A stretch of 64,000 nt of DNA, taken from contig OY970230.1 of assembly GCA_963714095.1 (NCBI GenBank), positions 596,084 to 660,083 on the forward strand. The letters run 5' to 3'. The notes under the pieces are model-generated. The model was not told the DNA's origin. It ran no database searches and was given only the letters and a program-made list of their open reading frames with translations. The position numbers and the translations under genes are program-made. Origin of the DNA: Candidatus Gottesmanbacteria bacterium (lineage in GTDB: Bacteria; Patescibacteriota; Microgenomatia; UBA10105; UBA927). Below are positions 36,383 to 46,602 of the stretch, in pieces (position 1 is the first letter of the stretch; every line of letters begins with the position of its first letter).

Positions 36383-37492
36383 TTATTCTGCGGCCACCCG
36401 CACCGGCATGATTATGTGAAGATAGGAGTCGTCTTTTACGGGCCGGAAAACGCCTGAGTTTAACGACCCTGTCATTTCAAACAAAAGCTCCTCCCCGACA
36501 AACCCGTTTAAAAATTCCAACAAAAATCTCCCGTTGAAGGCGATGTCCCCGCCCTCACCGTCCACCCTTGCTTCCACTTCAACATGGTTTTCCCCGACCT
36601 GAGGAGTGTTGGCGGAGACGACCATTTTTTGGTTTTCGATATGAAGCCTCAGAATGTTTGCGTTGTCTCTGGCAAAAATGGACGCAGACTTCACCGCGTG
36701 AAGTAAGCTTGTTTTATCTACCAGCACGCGGGTATTATGCCGCGCGGGAATAATCTTCTCGATGTTGGGGTATTCCCCCGCAATCGGCCGTGTGTGAATT
36801 TCTGTTTCTCCGACCGTAAACACCAGCTGGCCCTCGTCTGTCTGTGCGATCTCAACAGAGCGCACCTCTTTTTCTTCCTGACTTACTTTGACGACCTCCG
36901 AAAGCGCGCGCGCTGGGATAACCAAATTTAGATCTCCAAGCTTTTCCAGTTTTATTTTTTTTATCGACAGTCTATACCCGTCTGTTGCGGCAAAAAGGGC
37001 CCCTCCTTCTTGTTTAGATATCTTTACCCCCGTCAGAAGCGGCCTCCCTTCGTCTGTCGCGGCGGCAAACAACACGCCAGTCAGAGCGTCAAGAAGCGAC
37101 GACTTATCCATCTCCATTCCCGATTTCTTTTTAATGGTAGAAAACGGAGGAAACTCCGATGCGTCGACGCCGGGGAGTGTTGCGTTTACTCCGTTGCACC
37201 GAACGTGAAGAGAGCCCTCTTTTGCGACCATCTGAATGGTCCCCTGAGGCAAGGACATAACAAGGTCGGTTAAGAGTCTCGATGAGACACAAATCCCTCC
37301 ATCTCTCTCTACTTTCGCCCCCGCCCACACAACCTCTGTCGTCTCCATGTTTGTTGCAACAACCCGCAGGCGTGATTCCCCCGCTGTCAATAGGACGTTT
37401 TGCATGATGGGCAATTGCGCTTTTTGAGACACAATTCTTCCTGTTCGTGTAAGCGCTTTTAAAAGGTTTTCTTGAAGTATCGAGATGTTCAT
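36383..37492 (-). CDS. dnaN: DNA polymerase III beta subunit (sliding clamp)
   Basis: MNISILQENLLKAL..., three-domain clamp sequence. Located immediately downstream of dnaA. Confidence 0.9.
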   Translation of the reverse strand: MNISILQENLLKALTRTGRIVSQKAQLPIMQNVLLTAGESRLRVVATNMETTEVVWAGAKVERDGGICVSSRLLTDLVMSLPQGTIQMVAKEGSLHVRCNGVNATLPGVDASEFPPFSTIKKKSGMEMDKSSLLDALTGVLFAAATDEGRPLLTGVKISKQEGGALFAATDGYRLSIKKIKLEKLGDLNLVIPARALSEVVKVSQEEKEVRSVEIAQTDEGQLVFTVGETEIHTRPIAGEYPNIEKIIPARHNTRVLVDKTSLLHAVKSASIFARDNANILRLHIENQKMVVSANTPQVGENHVEVEARVDGEGGDIAFNGRFLLEFLNGFVGEELLFEMTGSLNSGVFRPVKDDSYLHIIMPVRVAAE

Positions 37493-37599
37493 TCTATATC
37501 CTCCAATAGTAGTAATAATAGAAAGCGGCGTGGAAAAGTGTATGCTTTTTCGGTGCGCCTGTCAACGAGCCAAAAGAATAAAAAGAAGATGGTGATGAT

Positions 37600-37641
37600 T
37601 GTGGATAACAATGTGGATAATTAATTGAACGCGGTGGATAA
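37600..37641. promoter_or_regulatory. cluster of three DnaA boxes (TGTGGATAA x2, GGTGGATAA) in dnaA-dnaN intergenic region
   Basis: Boxes at 37600-37608, 37612-37620 and 37633-37641. The reverse complement TTATCCACA is the DnaA-box consensus. Confidence 0.6.
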
Positions 37642-37651
37642 GTGGAAAACT

Positions 37652-39037
37652 TCATGTTGATTGAGCCCATAGTTTTTGTTTTATCCCCTCAACAGATTCT
37701 CTGAGGCGCACATTTGTGGACAGTTCGCGCGTAATTGTTTCAACTCCGTGCATAATTGTTGTGTGGTCGCGTCCGCCGAGCGCTCCGCCGATATCCTCAT
37801 GCGTAAGCCCAAGTTCCGTTCGGCACAAATACATAAATATCTGCCGGGGCCTGGCGATCGGGCGGTCGCGTTTTGCCCCCTTAAGAGCCGTTGTCTTAAG
37901 ACCGAAATATGCAGCCACAGAGTCTAAAACCTCCTGCGTGCTTACGCGTTTGGTGGTCACAGAGGGCTCCCTCACAACGCCATTCCCGTGGTTTTTTATG
38001 TTTAATAGAGAAGACACGAGATTCGCAGTCACTTCGGTGTGCCGTGTTGCCACTTCCGTGGTAAGCCTGCGTAAAAAACCCTCGATGGCGCGTGTGTCGG
38101 TGATATTCGCCGCAATAAGCTGGGCTGCTTCGGAGGGAACCGCAATGCCCATCGCCTCTGCCTTTATGTTTGCAATCGCAACCCGTAGTTCAAAGTCTGG
38201 AGCCGCCACATCAACCGTTAATCCCCCCTCAAACCGGCTTCTTAGTCGGTCTTCAAGCCGCGAGATTTCAGACGGCGGTCGGTCGCTCGTGAGGACGATC
38301 TGTCCCCCCTCGCGGTGAACCGCGTTAAACGTATGAAAAAATTCTTCCTGTGCCGTTTGTTTTCCGGCAATAAACTGGACATCATCAACAAGCAAAAGTT
38401 GCGCGCTTCTGTATTTTTGTTTAAACTGACGCGCAGATTTTGTCTGGATTGCCTCAACGATTTCATTTAAGAACTCTTCCCCCATACAGTAGACAATGCG
38501 CATCTGGGGGCGTCCAGCCAGAAGCGCATTGGCGATGGCGTGCATAAGATGCGTCTTCCCCACCCCCGTGCCGCCGTAAAAAAACAGCGGGTTATATGCC
38601 GTACCCGGATTTTTAGCAACAGCAGTGGCAGCAGCATAGGCCATTTGGTTCGTTGTGGAGACGGCAAAGCTTTCGAACGTGGCGTCTGGGCGGATATGGA
38701 GCCTGCGGGCAACAGATGAAATACTTACCTCATTGCGCTCAAGCGTTTGGGCGAAGAGCGGTCCGGCGGACGCGGGGTCAAGCGTCTCTTTTTTGGGGAT
38801 GATGACGAAAACCAGGCTTGTATTTTGTTTTGTTTGATGGTCAAGGACACTTTTGACGAGCGAATAATATCGGGTTTCTACGAGCGTGCGCATGAGCGGG
38901 TTAGTAAATCCGATTGTTGCAACCCCGTCAGAGAACGAGACGAGTGTCGAATGGGCGAAATGAGTCTGAAACGTCGCTTTGGAGACCGACAGTTCAAGCT
39001 CTGCTAAGACCGACTTCCAGACTCTGATAAGATCCAT
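37652..39037 (-). CDS. dnaA: chromosomal replication initiator protein DnaA
   Basis: AAA+ Walker A (GGTGVGKTHL), Walker B (LLLVDDVQF), and a C-terminal DNA-binding domain. Confidence 0.95.
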   Translation of the reverse strand: MDLIRVWKSVLAELELSVSKATFQTHFAHSTLVSFSDGVATIGFTNPLMRTLVETRYYSLVKSVLDHQTKQNTSLVFVIIPKKETLDPASAGPLFAQTLERNEVSISSVARRLHIRPDATFESFAVSTTNQMAYAAATAVAKNPGTAYNPLFFYGGTGVGKTHLMHAIANALLAGRPQMRIVYCMGEEFLNEIVEAIQTKSARQFKQKYRSAQLLLVDDVQFIAGKQTAQEEFFHTFNAVHREGGQIVLTSDRPPSEISRLEDRLRSRFEGGLTVDVAAPDFELRVAIANIKAEAMGIAVPSEAAQLIAANITDTRAIEGFLRRLTTEVATRHTEVTANLVSSLLNIKNHGNGVVREPSVTTKRVSTQEVLDSVAAYFGLKTTALKGAKRDRPIARPRQIFMYLCRTELGLTHEDIGGALGGRDHTTIMHGVETITRELSTNVRLRESVEGIKQKLWAQST

Positions 39038-39057
39038 AGAATGTTATGCGGGCGGGG

Positions 39058-39076
39058 TGTGGATAACTTGTCCACA
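39058..39076. promoter_or_regulatory. inverted pair of DnaA boxes (TGTGGATAA / TTGTCCACA) upstream of dnaA; candidate oriC/autoregulatory site
   Basis: Read directly 21 nt upstream of the dnaA start. An AT-rich stretch follows (ttttaaataaaatatatgatatag). Confidence 0.55.
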
Positions 39077-39147
39077 TAGTAAAAAACCCCGGGGCGTTTG
39101 TCAAGGGAGACATTTTAAATAAAATATATGATATAGTTTGTGAAGCG

Positions 39148-40125
39148 ATGAAAATATTTTTAGTAATTCCAACAATACGAAGCCTTGATTTTTTGGTTGC
39201 GTGGTCGGATGCTTTTGCCGATTGTCACGTGCTCATTGTTGAGGACGGACCTAAAAAAACGATACGGGTTCCCCATGTCCCACAGAAAGAAATACTGCAT
39301 TATTGTTGGCAAGATATCCGCGACGATTTTGGCCGCAACGAGTGGATTTTCTCCCGTAAAAACGCCGGCATACGATCATATGGATTCTGGAAAGCGCATG
39401 AGTTTGGGGCGGACATTATTATCACTCTTGATGACGACTGTTATCCCATCGAAGAAGCATTTGTCCAAAAACACGTTGACAACCTATCGCGCAGCGCCCC
39501 TCACGGCTGGGTTACGACGTACCCGCATCCCGACTTCATTTATACAAGAGGAATCCCGTATGAGATTAGAGATGCATACCCGGCAATGATAAGCCATGGT
39601 TTATGGACCAACAAGATTGATTTAGACGGCAAAACGGAGACGAAACACCCATACCTTCATCTTCCTGTATATCCCCCGATTCTTCAGTTTATTCCTCAAC
39701 ATTCCTACTTCCCGATGTGTTCAATGAATTTGGCTTTCCGCAGGGAAGTTACACCCCTCATGTATTTCCCTCTTATGGGATCAGACCCCGAAGGAAAACT
39801 GTGGGGATATGACCGGTTTGACGATATCTGGGCAGGAATATTTGCTAAAAAAATTCTCGACCACCTCGGATGGTCCGCTGTCAACGGATCTCCGTTTGTT
39901 GAGCATAGGAAGGCCTCCGATCCCCGGAAAAATGTACAAAAAGAAAAGAGAGGAATAATTGTTAATGAGCGGTTATGGAAGATGGTCGACGAGGTAACGT
40001 TGACTAAAAAGACACCTGCAGGATGTTATATCGAGCTTGCGCGCACGGTTCATTTCCCTCAGGAGGCTTATTTTAAGCGCCTGAGCGAGGCGATGATATA
40101 TTGGGGAAACCTGTTTCATGAATAA
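39148..40125 (+). CDS. reversibly-glycosylated-polypeptide (RGP/GT75)-like glycosyltransferase family protein
   Basis: IVEDGP ... IIITLDDDCYP (DxD) and overall similarity to the RGP/alpha-1,4-glucan-protein synthase family. First gene of the glycan locus. Confidence 0.5.
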   Translation: MKIFLVIPTIRSLDFLVAWSDAFADCHVLIVEDGPKKTIRVPHVPQKEILHYCWQDIRDDFGRNEWIFSRKNAGIRSYGFWKAHEFGADIIITLDDDCYPIEEAFVQKHVDNLSRSAPHGWVTTYPHPDFIYTRGIPYEIRDAYPAMISHGLWTNKIDLDGKTETKHPYLHLPVYPPILQFIPQHSYFPMCSMNLAFRREVTPLMYFPLMGSDPEGKLWGYDRFDDIWAGIFAKKILDHLGWSAVNGSPFVEHRKASDPRKNVQKEKRGIIVNERLWKMVDEVTLTKKTPAGCYIELARTVHFPQEAYFKRLSEAMIYWGNLFHE

Positions 40126-42130
40126 GTTGAAGGTAATTATACGAGAACAAAGCGTTTTGCTTTTGTTTGGTTTTATCCTCACAATTTCATTGTTTTTGGG
40201 AGACGGGAAACAGCCGGCAATTGACGTGGCGTGGGCGTGTGAGATTTTGTTGCTGTATGCTATTTATTTTTTGCAAAACAGAAAACCCCTCGATCTTCCG
40301 CGCGGTCTTCATTTTGTGTGGATTTTGCTTCTGGGATATTGCGTTTCTCGTAGCATATTTTCTGACAGCGTCGGTTACTCAGTCTCGGCAGCGGTTCGTC
40401 TTTTTGATGCGTATCTTGTGTATAGACTGTTTTATTTGATTGCAGACAAACAACATACGCGGCATGTTAGCTTAGGAATCGTTATCATTGGGGTCGTTGG
40501 CTCGATAGCATCTTTCGGATGCCTATTATTTCCACGGTTCGTCTCCTGGCTTCCCCAAATGAATCTTTTATATGCTACCTACGGGCACAATGAATTGGCG
40601 GGCTTATTATTATTTTGCATTCCCATGGTTGTCGCAGGGAAAACACCTCTTCCCTCTTGGTGTAAAAAAGCAGTATTCGTTTTGTTTTTGCTCAGTTTTG
40701 TTTTTTCTTTCGCGCGGGGCGCATGGATTTTATTGGCGGCGTATCTTGCATTTCTCTTTTTTACAAAACGACTAACCGGAAAATTTTATTTATCAACATC
40801 AATTGTGTTTGTGGGGGCGGCAGCAGGTTTATTGGTTTTCATGTCTTTTCTTGCGTCTCCCCGTGTCCACGTGCCTTCAACACTGAAAAATGATTGGTTT
40901 TATAAACAAACTATAAAGCACACTGTTTATGAAAGCAGAATTCAATATTGGGTGCAGGCGTGGATGGCCATACGGGAACGCCCAATATTCGGCAGCGGCC
41001 CGGGAACATTTTATCTGCTGTCTAAACGATTTCAATCTAATCAGAATGGCTATTCGTGGTTCGCGCATAATTTTGTTTTGGAGCAGTTCGCGGAACTTGG
41101 GGTGGTGGGAATGCTTTTTTGGGGTGTTTTTTTTGCTGTACAATGGCGACGGTTGAGGCGTTCCCGCGACAGCGCTCTTCTTGCGGGAGTTATTCTAACA
41201 TTTTTATATAGTTTTTTTGAATATAACCTGAATTTTTTGGTTATTTGGCTGCTGTTTTGGTCGGCGATCGGGTGGATTACTGGTTCTGAATCAATAAAGA
41301 CGTCATCACCCCGACCTTCTTTACTTACCGCAGGAGGCTTAGTACTTCTTTTGGTATTTTCGCTCTTTTCTGTCGGGGAGATGATTGAAACGGTAGCCAA
41401 CAAGAGCGATGCAGCGTCGCTGTTTGCACCGTTTATTGCTGATGTAGCGGAAACGTCTCTTAATAAGCATGCTGAGACCGGAACACCCGAGCCACAACAG
41501 AACCTGTCACTTATAGTATTCTTTCACAAGAAAAATCCAGAGATATTGTATGATTTGGCACGCGCTTCTCCCGCCAGCTTTGCCCCCTCATTTTACGGAC
41601 AGGCCATTGTCTATGATCCTCAAAATACTCAATATATGAGTGGGTTTATTGAGTTCCTTTTGAAAGAAAACAACAGGGTGGCCGTAGGCGCTCTGATAGA
41701 GACGTTTGGGGAGCGCGTTTTGCCGGAGAAATCAAAACCCACAGCAAAGCAAATTCCGTTTACGTCTCCCGAAATGAACACACTCTATTCTTCTTCCCTA
41801 TTTAAAGATGTTGGGTCCGACGGGAACACGTTGGAGTATCTATCGAAGATTTATTATTTTTTAGGGCTGGCGGCCGTTAAGAAAGATCCCGTTTTGACAG
41901 AGCGACTGTGGAGTCTAGCCCGGGATTCTGCTCCGGATTGGGGGTACTTTTATGTGGAGCTCGCGAGTCTCTCTGATTCGTTGCATAATAATACTGAAGC
42001 AAAACTGATATTACGGGACTGTCAGACACATGTGTCTGCCGCAACTGAATGTAAAAATACACAATGGCCCTTACCTAAGCCCGGATCTCTTCAAGAGTTG
42101 GTTAAACTTATGCCGATAACACCACAATAG
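40118..42130 (+). CDS. O-antigen ligase/Wzy-like polytopic membrane protein with C-terminal soluble domain
   Basis: About 11 TM helices with a Wzy_C-like loop (SFARGAW...H.F..E). The C-terminal 250 aa are soluble and helical. Confidence 0.55.
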   Translation: MNKLKVIIREQSVLLLFGFILTISLFLGDGKQPAIDVAWACEILLLYAIYFLQNRKPLDLPRGLHFVWILLLGYCVSRSIFSDSVGYSVSAAVRLFDAYLVYRLFYLIADKQHTRHVSLGIVIIGVVGSIASFGCLLFPRFVSWLPQMNLLYATYGHNELAGLLLFCIPMVVAGKTPLPSWCKKAVFVLFLLSFVFSFARGAWILLAAYLAFLFFTKRLTGKFYLSTSIVFVGAAAGLLVFMSFLASPRVHVPSTLKNDWFYKQTIKHTVYESRIQYWVQAWMAIRERPIFGSGPGTFYLLSKRFQSNQNGYSWFAHNFVLEQFAELGVVGMLFWGVFFAVQWRRLRRSRDSALLAGVILTFLYSFFEYNLNFLVIWLLFWSAIGWITGSESIKTSSPRPSLLTAGGLVLLLVFSLFSVGEMIETVANKSDAASLFAPFIADVAETSLNKHAETGTPEPQQNLSLIVFFHKKNPEILYDLARASPASFAPSFYGQAIVYDPQNTQYMSGFIEFLLKENNRVAVGALIETFGERVLPEKSKPTAKQIPFTSPEMNTLYSSSLFKDVGSDGNTLEYLSKIYYFLGLAAVKKDPVLTERLWSLARDSAPDWGYFYVELASLSDSLHNNTEAKLILRDCQTHVSAATECKNTQWPLPKPGSLQELVKLMPITPQ

Positions 42131-42147
42131 CAAAAACCTTTTACATT

Positions 42148-43677
42148 ATGAAAAAAATCACCGGTTTATTTCATAGAATTTTACGTTACAAACACTTGGT
42201 TACAATTCTGCTGATTCTTGTGGTGCTGGCGGGAGGCTCGATACGTGTTTATCAGGCTATACATTATACAAATTTTTATGGTGATTCAGGGAGAGACTTG
42301 TTGGTTGCCAGACACATAGCGCTATACGGAGAGAAAATAATAGTTGGCCATTCGGCGTCCGGGTTTGGGTCGATTTTTTACTATCCGCCGTATTATTATT
42401 ATTTGCTTGCAGTTTTATATAGGATTGGCCCGTCAGTTGAGTTTTTCGCTATATTTTTTGCTTTATTAAATACCCTTTCTATTCTTCTTGTTTTTCTGAT
42501 CGGCAGAGAGCTTGTTGATCTGTGGGTAGGGCTGGTTTCGGCACTGTTTGTTTCTCTGTCCGCCGATTTAATTTTTAACGCAAATCCGATTCAGGCGGTT
42601 AACTTCGGATTGCCACTATTTTGGCTTTCATACTGGTTGTTTTTGAGAAGTCTTAAAAAGAGAAAAACACATCTGTTTGTTGTTTCTTTCGGTATTTTAT
42701 TGTTGGCTTCAACGATTACGTATTCATCGGTGATTTTTATTCCGTATTATCTACTATTCATGTTTTATACATACAAATATACAGTCAAAAAAATAGTGTT
42801 GACCCTGATTGCGGCGTCCGTGGCGGTTGCCGTGGCGTATTCTCCGTTGTTGTTCGCGTTGAATTTTCAGACGATTTTTGCCCACTTGTCCCCCCACAAT
42901 ATTCTAACGTTTTCTTATACTATGCCGGTTAGATTCGTCAATAATGCTGTCCCTATGGTTTCCGGGATTTTTCTAACAAGCGGCGTTTATACCGTGTTTG
43001 TATTACCCGTGTTTGTCTTTTTGTTGGTGGATGGTTCCAATATAAGAAAACGATTCGTCTATATCATAACACCGGCCATATATTTATTGTTTATTTCCTC
43101 AATAAAACTCGGGAACATAAAGTCATGGTGGCTTATGATAACCGAGCCATTTATTCTTATCGGTTTGGGATTCGGAATTGTATCTCTATGGCAAGCAAAA
43201 TACCGCCTTTTTTCGGTCATTTTCGTTCTTATATTAGCCCAATGTTTATTCCAAGGATATGATAATGCTGTACATTGGGGCAACTCCTCAACAGCAGCCA
43301 AAAAAACTGCGCGTGAAATACTCGCGACGAGCGAGGCCATTAAATTACAGGAGAATTACAAAAATAACAACTTTTTTCAGGTCATTGTTTCAACCACATG
43401 GCAAGACAATTGGCATACGACACCGGTATTATATTGGTTAGAGGTTTTAACGAATAAAAAGTATGTGAGATTAGTGAATTATGGTGAGAGCGTTGAGCAA
43501 ACAAATAATGACAACTATATTTTTTGGCTTTGTCTCGGGTATGGTAATGAAACTAGAAATAAGTTGTGTTTTAACAAATACATTAAAAATAAAAATCAAT
43601 ATTCTCTGGCTGATACAACGTTCACACAGGTGGCACCCGAGTATTTCGGGTATATTCTGAAAAAGAAAGATCGGTAA
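42148..43677 (+). CDS. GT-C-type polytopic membrane glycosyltransferase-like protein (YYPPYYYY motif paralog 1)
   Basis: DSGRDLLVARHI...FGSIFYYPPYYYYLL, at least 10 TM helices, soluble C-terminal domain. Confidence 0.45.
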   Translation: MKKITGLFHRILRYKHLVTILLILVVLAGGSIRVYQAIHYTNFYGDSGRDLLVARHIALYGEKIIVGHSASGFGSIFYYPPYYYYLLAVLYRIGPSVEFFAIFFALLNTLSILLVFLIGRELVDLWVGLVSALFVSLSADLIFNANPIQAVNFGLPLFWLSYWLFLRSLKKRKTHLFVVSFGILLLASTITYSSVIFIPYYLLFMFYTYKYTVKKIVLTLIAASVAVAVAYSPLLFALNFQTIFAHLSPHNILTFSYTMPVRFVNNAVPMVSGIFLTSGVYTVFVLPVFVFLLVDGSNIRKRFVYIITPAIYLLFISSIKLGNIKSWWLMITEPFILIGLGFGIVSLWQAKYRLFSVIFVLILAQCLFQGYDNAVHWGNSSTAAKKTAREILATSEAIKLQENYKNNNFFQVIVSTTWQDNWHTTPVLYWLEVLTNKKYVRLVNYGESVEQTNNDNYIFWLCLGYGNETRNKLCFNKYIKNKNQYSLADTTFTQVAPEYFGYILKKKDR

Positions 43678-43735
43678 TCCATAGCTGGGTTTTTCGGACG
43701 GCGCATGGTACCACCGTGCTTAGATTCACGAACAT

Positions 43736-45238
43736 ATGGGTTATATCATGGGTTGGATTAGGAAACACAAAGTAATACTCTGGTCCTTGGTCGTGTTTGT
43801 GATTAGTCTAAGTCTTCGGTTTTATAACATCGAAAACAGAATGTGGTGGAGTAACGACACGGGAAGAGAAATTCTTGTCGGATATCATATTGCTCACTAT
43901 CATGAATTTCCTAAATTAGGCACTTCAGCGAGTGATTTAGCAACGTATTCGTATTACCCGCCGTATTATTACTATTTAATTGGGTTAGTTTCTTCTTTTG
44001 TTTCTTCCGCGCCTTCAGTCATTAAAACGTTTATTTTTTTTGAAAGTTTTCTTCCCGTAATTATTTTTTTTATTGGTTTGTTCATAAGCAATTTTTCAAG
44101 CGCTTTTTTTGCATCATTTTTTGTGGCCATAAGCGCTTATATGGTTTCGAGTACAAATTTGTGGCCGCCGTTTGTTGCTTTACTTTTCTTTTATTTTGGA
44201 CTGGCAATCTTGTTTTTTGGGAAAAAAAGGAGCTTTTTGTTTCGCGTAATAGGCCAAGCAGTTATGTTTTTTTCCGCCACGCTGCATTATTCATTTTTTA
44301 TCCCCTCCATCGTTTTGTTCTTTTGGAATTTATCACAAGAAAACACGAGAAAAGATAAATTTATATTTTTGGGGATCCAGACGGGTTATTTAATCCTGTT
44401 AGCCTCACCGCTCTGGACAAATCCAAGCGGTAGTAGGGTGTTTGAAGCGTTTGATCCTCGGCACGTATTCGATTTTTATCAGCCGACCTCTATTTTTATT
44501 GGAACACTACAAAATATTTGTAGTGATTTCTTCCAGAAAAATACTCTATATGAATTGCTTAGTGCAGGAATATGTATATTCCTATTAATCTTTTCTTTTA
44601 AGAACGTACTATCTTTCCTAAAAAGCAACTGGTGGATATGGTGCATCATTCTAAGCATGCCATTCATCGGCTCTCGTTTTGTCCAACATCCGGAGCCTTA
44701 TGAGTATATCGCTATAATGCCAGCAGCCTTACTGTTGGTGGCTTGTTCTCCTATACGAATTGAGAAGTTGACGCTGCAAAATATAGTGAGAGGAGCACTT
44801 CTCTGTTGTTTAGCTTTTAGTTTGTCAAACAATTTTTCAGAACTGTTCGTAAATAATTGGTATTCTTACGAACAAAACGAAAAACTTACTGACTATATTG
44901 TTGCCGAGGCAAAATCGCGGGGTCTAGAGAATAATTTTAGACTGTTCGTCAGTGATTTCATTGGATCCTTTAACTGGGCCAGCCCCAACTTTTGGTATTT
45001 TCTTGAAACAAAATATCATCATAAAATTACCTACGTTGTTGACTATGATATTAGCCTTGAGCAATTGATTGCTCCTGGGGCAGATACATACCTTGTCTGC
45101 CGCGGCACAAGTGATACAATTGCGACTTGCAAGCGTGATTTTCATAGTTCTTTTCCCGAATACACCAAAGAGTTGACCTTGAAATCAAATGTAGGGTATG
45201 TAATTTTTCTTTATTCAACGGCACAGCCCCTTCATTAG
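43736..45238 (+). CDS. GT-C-type polytopic membrane glycosyltransferase-like protein (YYPPYYYY motif paralog 2)
   Basis: DTGREILVGYHI...TYSYYPPYYYYLI. Paralogous to the previous gene. Confidence 0.45.
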   Translation: MGYIMGWIRKHKVILWSLVVFVISLSLRFYNIENRMWWSNDTGREILVGYHIAHYHEFPKLGTSASDLATYSYYPPYYYYLIGLVSSFVSSAPSVIKTFIFFESFLPVIIFFIGLFISNFSSAFFASFFVAISAYMVSSTNLWPPFVALLFFYFGLAILFFGKKRSFLFRVIGQAVMFFSATLHYSFFIPSIVLFFWNLSQENTRKDKFIFLGIQTGYLILLASPLWTNPSGSRVFEAFDPRHVFDFYQPTSIFIGTLQNICSDFFQKNTLYELLSAGICIFLLIFSFKNVLSFLKSNWWIWCIILSMPFIGSRFVQHPEPYEYIAIMPAALLLVACSPIRIEKLTLQNIVRGALLCCLAFSLSNNFSELFVNNWYSYEQNEKLTDYIVAEAKSRGLENNFRLFVSDFIGSFNWASPNFWYFLETKYHHKITYVVDYDISLEQLIAPGADTYLVCRGTSDTIATCKRDFHSSFPEYTKELTLKSNVGYVIFLYSTAQPLH

Positions 45239-45275
45239 CGGATCGATTTATAGTCGATTAGAGATTTTATAAAGT

Positions 45276-46157
45276 ATGGACAATATCTCAATAATCATAA
45301 TAACGAAAAATAGGGCAAATTTTTTAGAGAATTGCCTTGGTTCGTTAAACGGGCAATTAGAGAAGAGAGATGAGGTTTTCGTTATCCTGGATTCAAAAAC
45401 CAAAGACGGGTCGGAAGAAATTCTCCAGCGCTATAAAAAGATAATGCCACTTGTTTATTATAAATCGGATATTCGTGGCTACCCTCAGAATTTTAATTTA
45501 GGGATAAACAAGAGTAGAAAAGACACGCTTGTGTTTATCAATGATGACTGCATCGTTAAACACAACTTTGTACAAAGAATTAAAGTGGAACACCACAGGC
45601 ATCCGCATGCTGTTGTTCAGGGAATGACGTATAGTTTGCCAAAAAATAATATTTACGCCGAAATCACCGGTGATAATTACAGAAACTGGATAGCCATTAA
45701 CCATAAAGACGCGCTGTCAAATTTAATGAGTACAATAGATAATAAAAACGTTTCCATTTCCCGAGGGGTATTTCGTCGGGTCGGTTACTACGATGAGGCA
45801 TTTACGAGGGGGTCGGAAGATATCGAGTTTGGCTTTCGTCTCGCGCAATTAGGAATTCCGATCATATTTGATCCGTCTATTGTTGTATATCATTACGAGC
45901 GGTCGACTTTTTTTGGCTTCGTAAATCAACATATACGCTTTGCATTATCAGAGTCGATAGTTGACCGGACGTTACCGCCGGAAAGCAGGATCCGCGCAAT
46001 TAATTGGCATAAAACCGTTTTACATATGAAAAGCGCGATAAAGCGAGAATTGTTGTATGCGCAACAATTTCGGATAAAAGACTTTCTTTTGCTCCCCTTT
46101 TTATATATGCTGCTATTCTGTATAAGAATGTATGGGTATTACATCAAATCAGCCTAA
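45276..46157 (+). CDS. glycosyltransferase family 2
   Basis: ISIIIITKNRANFLENCLGSL, DxD-type motif FINDDCIV, GT-A fold. Confidence 0.75.
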   Translation: MDNISIIIITKNRANFLENCLGSLNGQLEKRDEVFVILDSKTKDGSEEILQRYKKIMPLVYYKSDIRGYPQNFNLGINKSRKDTLVFINDDCIVKHNFVQRIKVEHHRHPHAVVQGMTYSLPKNNIYAEITGDNYRNWIAINHKDALSNLMSTIDNKNVSISRGVFRRVGYYDEAFTRGSEDIEFGFRLAQLGIPIIFDPSIVVYHYERSTFFGFVNQHIRFALSESIVDRTLPPESRIRAINWHKTVLHMKSAIKRELLYAQQFRIKDFLLLPFLYMLLFCIRMYGYYIKSA

Positions 46158-46602
46158 AATTGCCATTATTTCTTCCCGCGGCGGACATCTATATCAGATG
46201 TATCGGTTAAAGCCATGGTGGAAGAAAATTAACCATTTTTGGGTAACATTTCCCGGCGAAGACGCGTCCTCCATGTTGAAAAAAGAGATGATCTATTATG
46301 GATATCAGCCAGAATCAAGAAATGTTGTGAACGCAATCCGTAATGTTTTTCTGGCCGTAAAAATTCTTCGAAAAGAAAAACCCACCGTGCTCATAAGTTG
46401 TGGCGCAGGCATTGCCCCACCATTTTTTTATATAGGAAAACTATTAGGCATAAAGCTTATTTTTATCGAGCCGTATGATTTTATCGCATATCCGAGTTTA
46501 AGCGGAAGGCTGATCGCTCCAATAGCAGATTATTTTCTCGTTCAGCATAAGACGCAGAAGCGCTTTTATAAGAATGCTATATATAAAGGAGCGCTTTTAT
46601 GA
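46132..46602 (+). CDS. Alg14-like glycosyltransferase subunit (membrane anchor half of split GT)
   Basis: PKIAIISSRGGHLYQMYRL..KPTVLISCGAGIAPPFFYIGKLLGIKLIFIE resembles Alg14/PssD/Cps14F. Confidence 0.65.
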   Translation: MGITSNQPKIAIISSRGGHLYQMYRLKPWWKKINHFWVTFPGEDASSMLKKEMIYYGYQPESRNVVNAIRNVFLAVKILRKEKPTVLISCGAGIAPPFFYIGKLLGIKLIFIEPYDFIAYPSLSGRLIAPIADYFLVQHKTQKRFYKNAIYKGALL

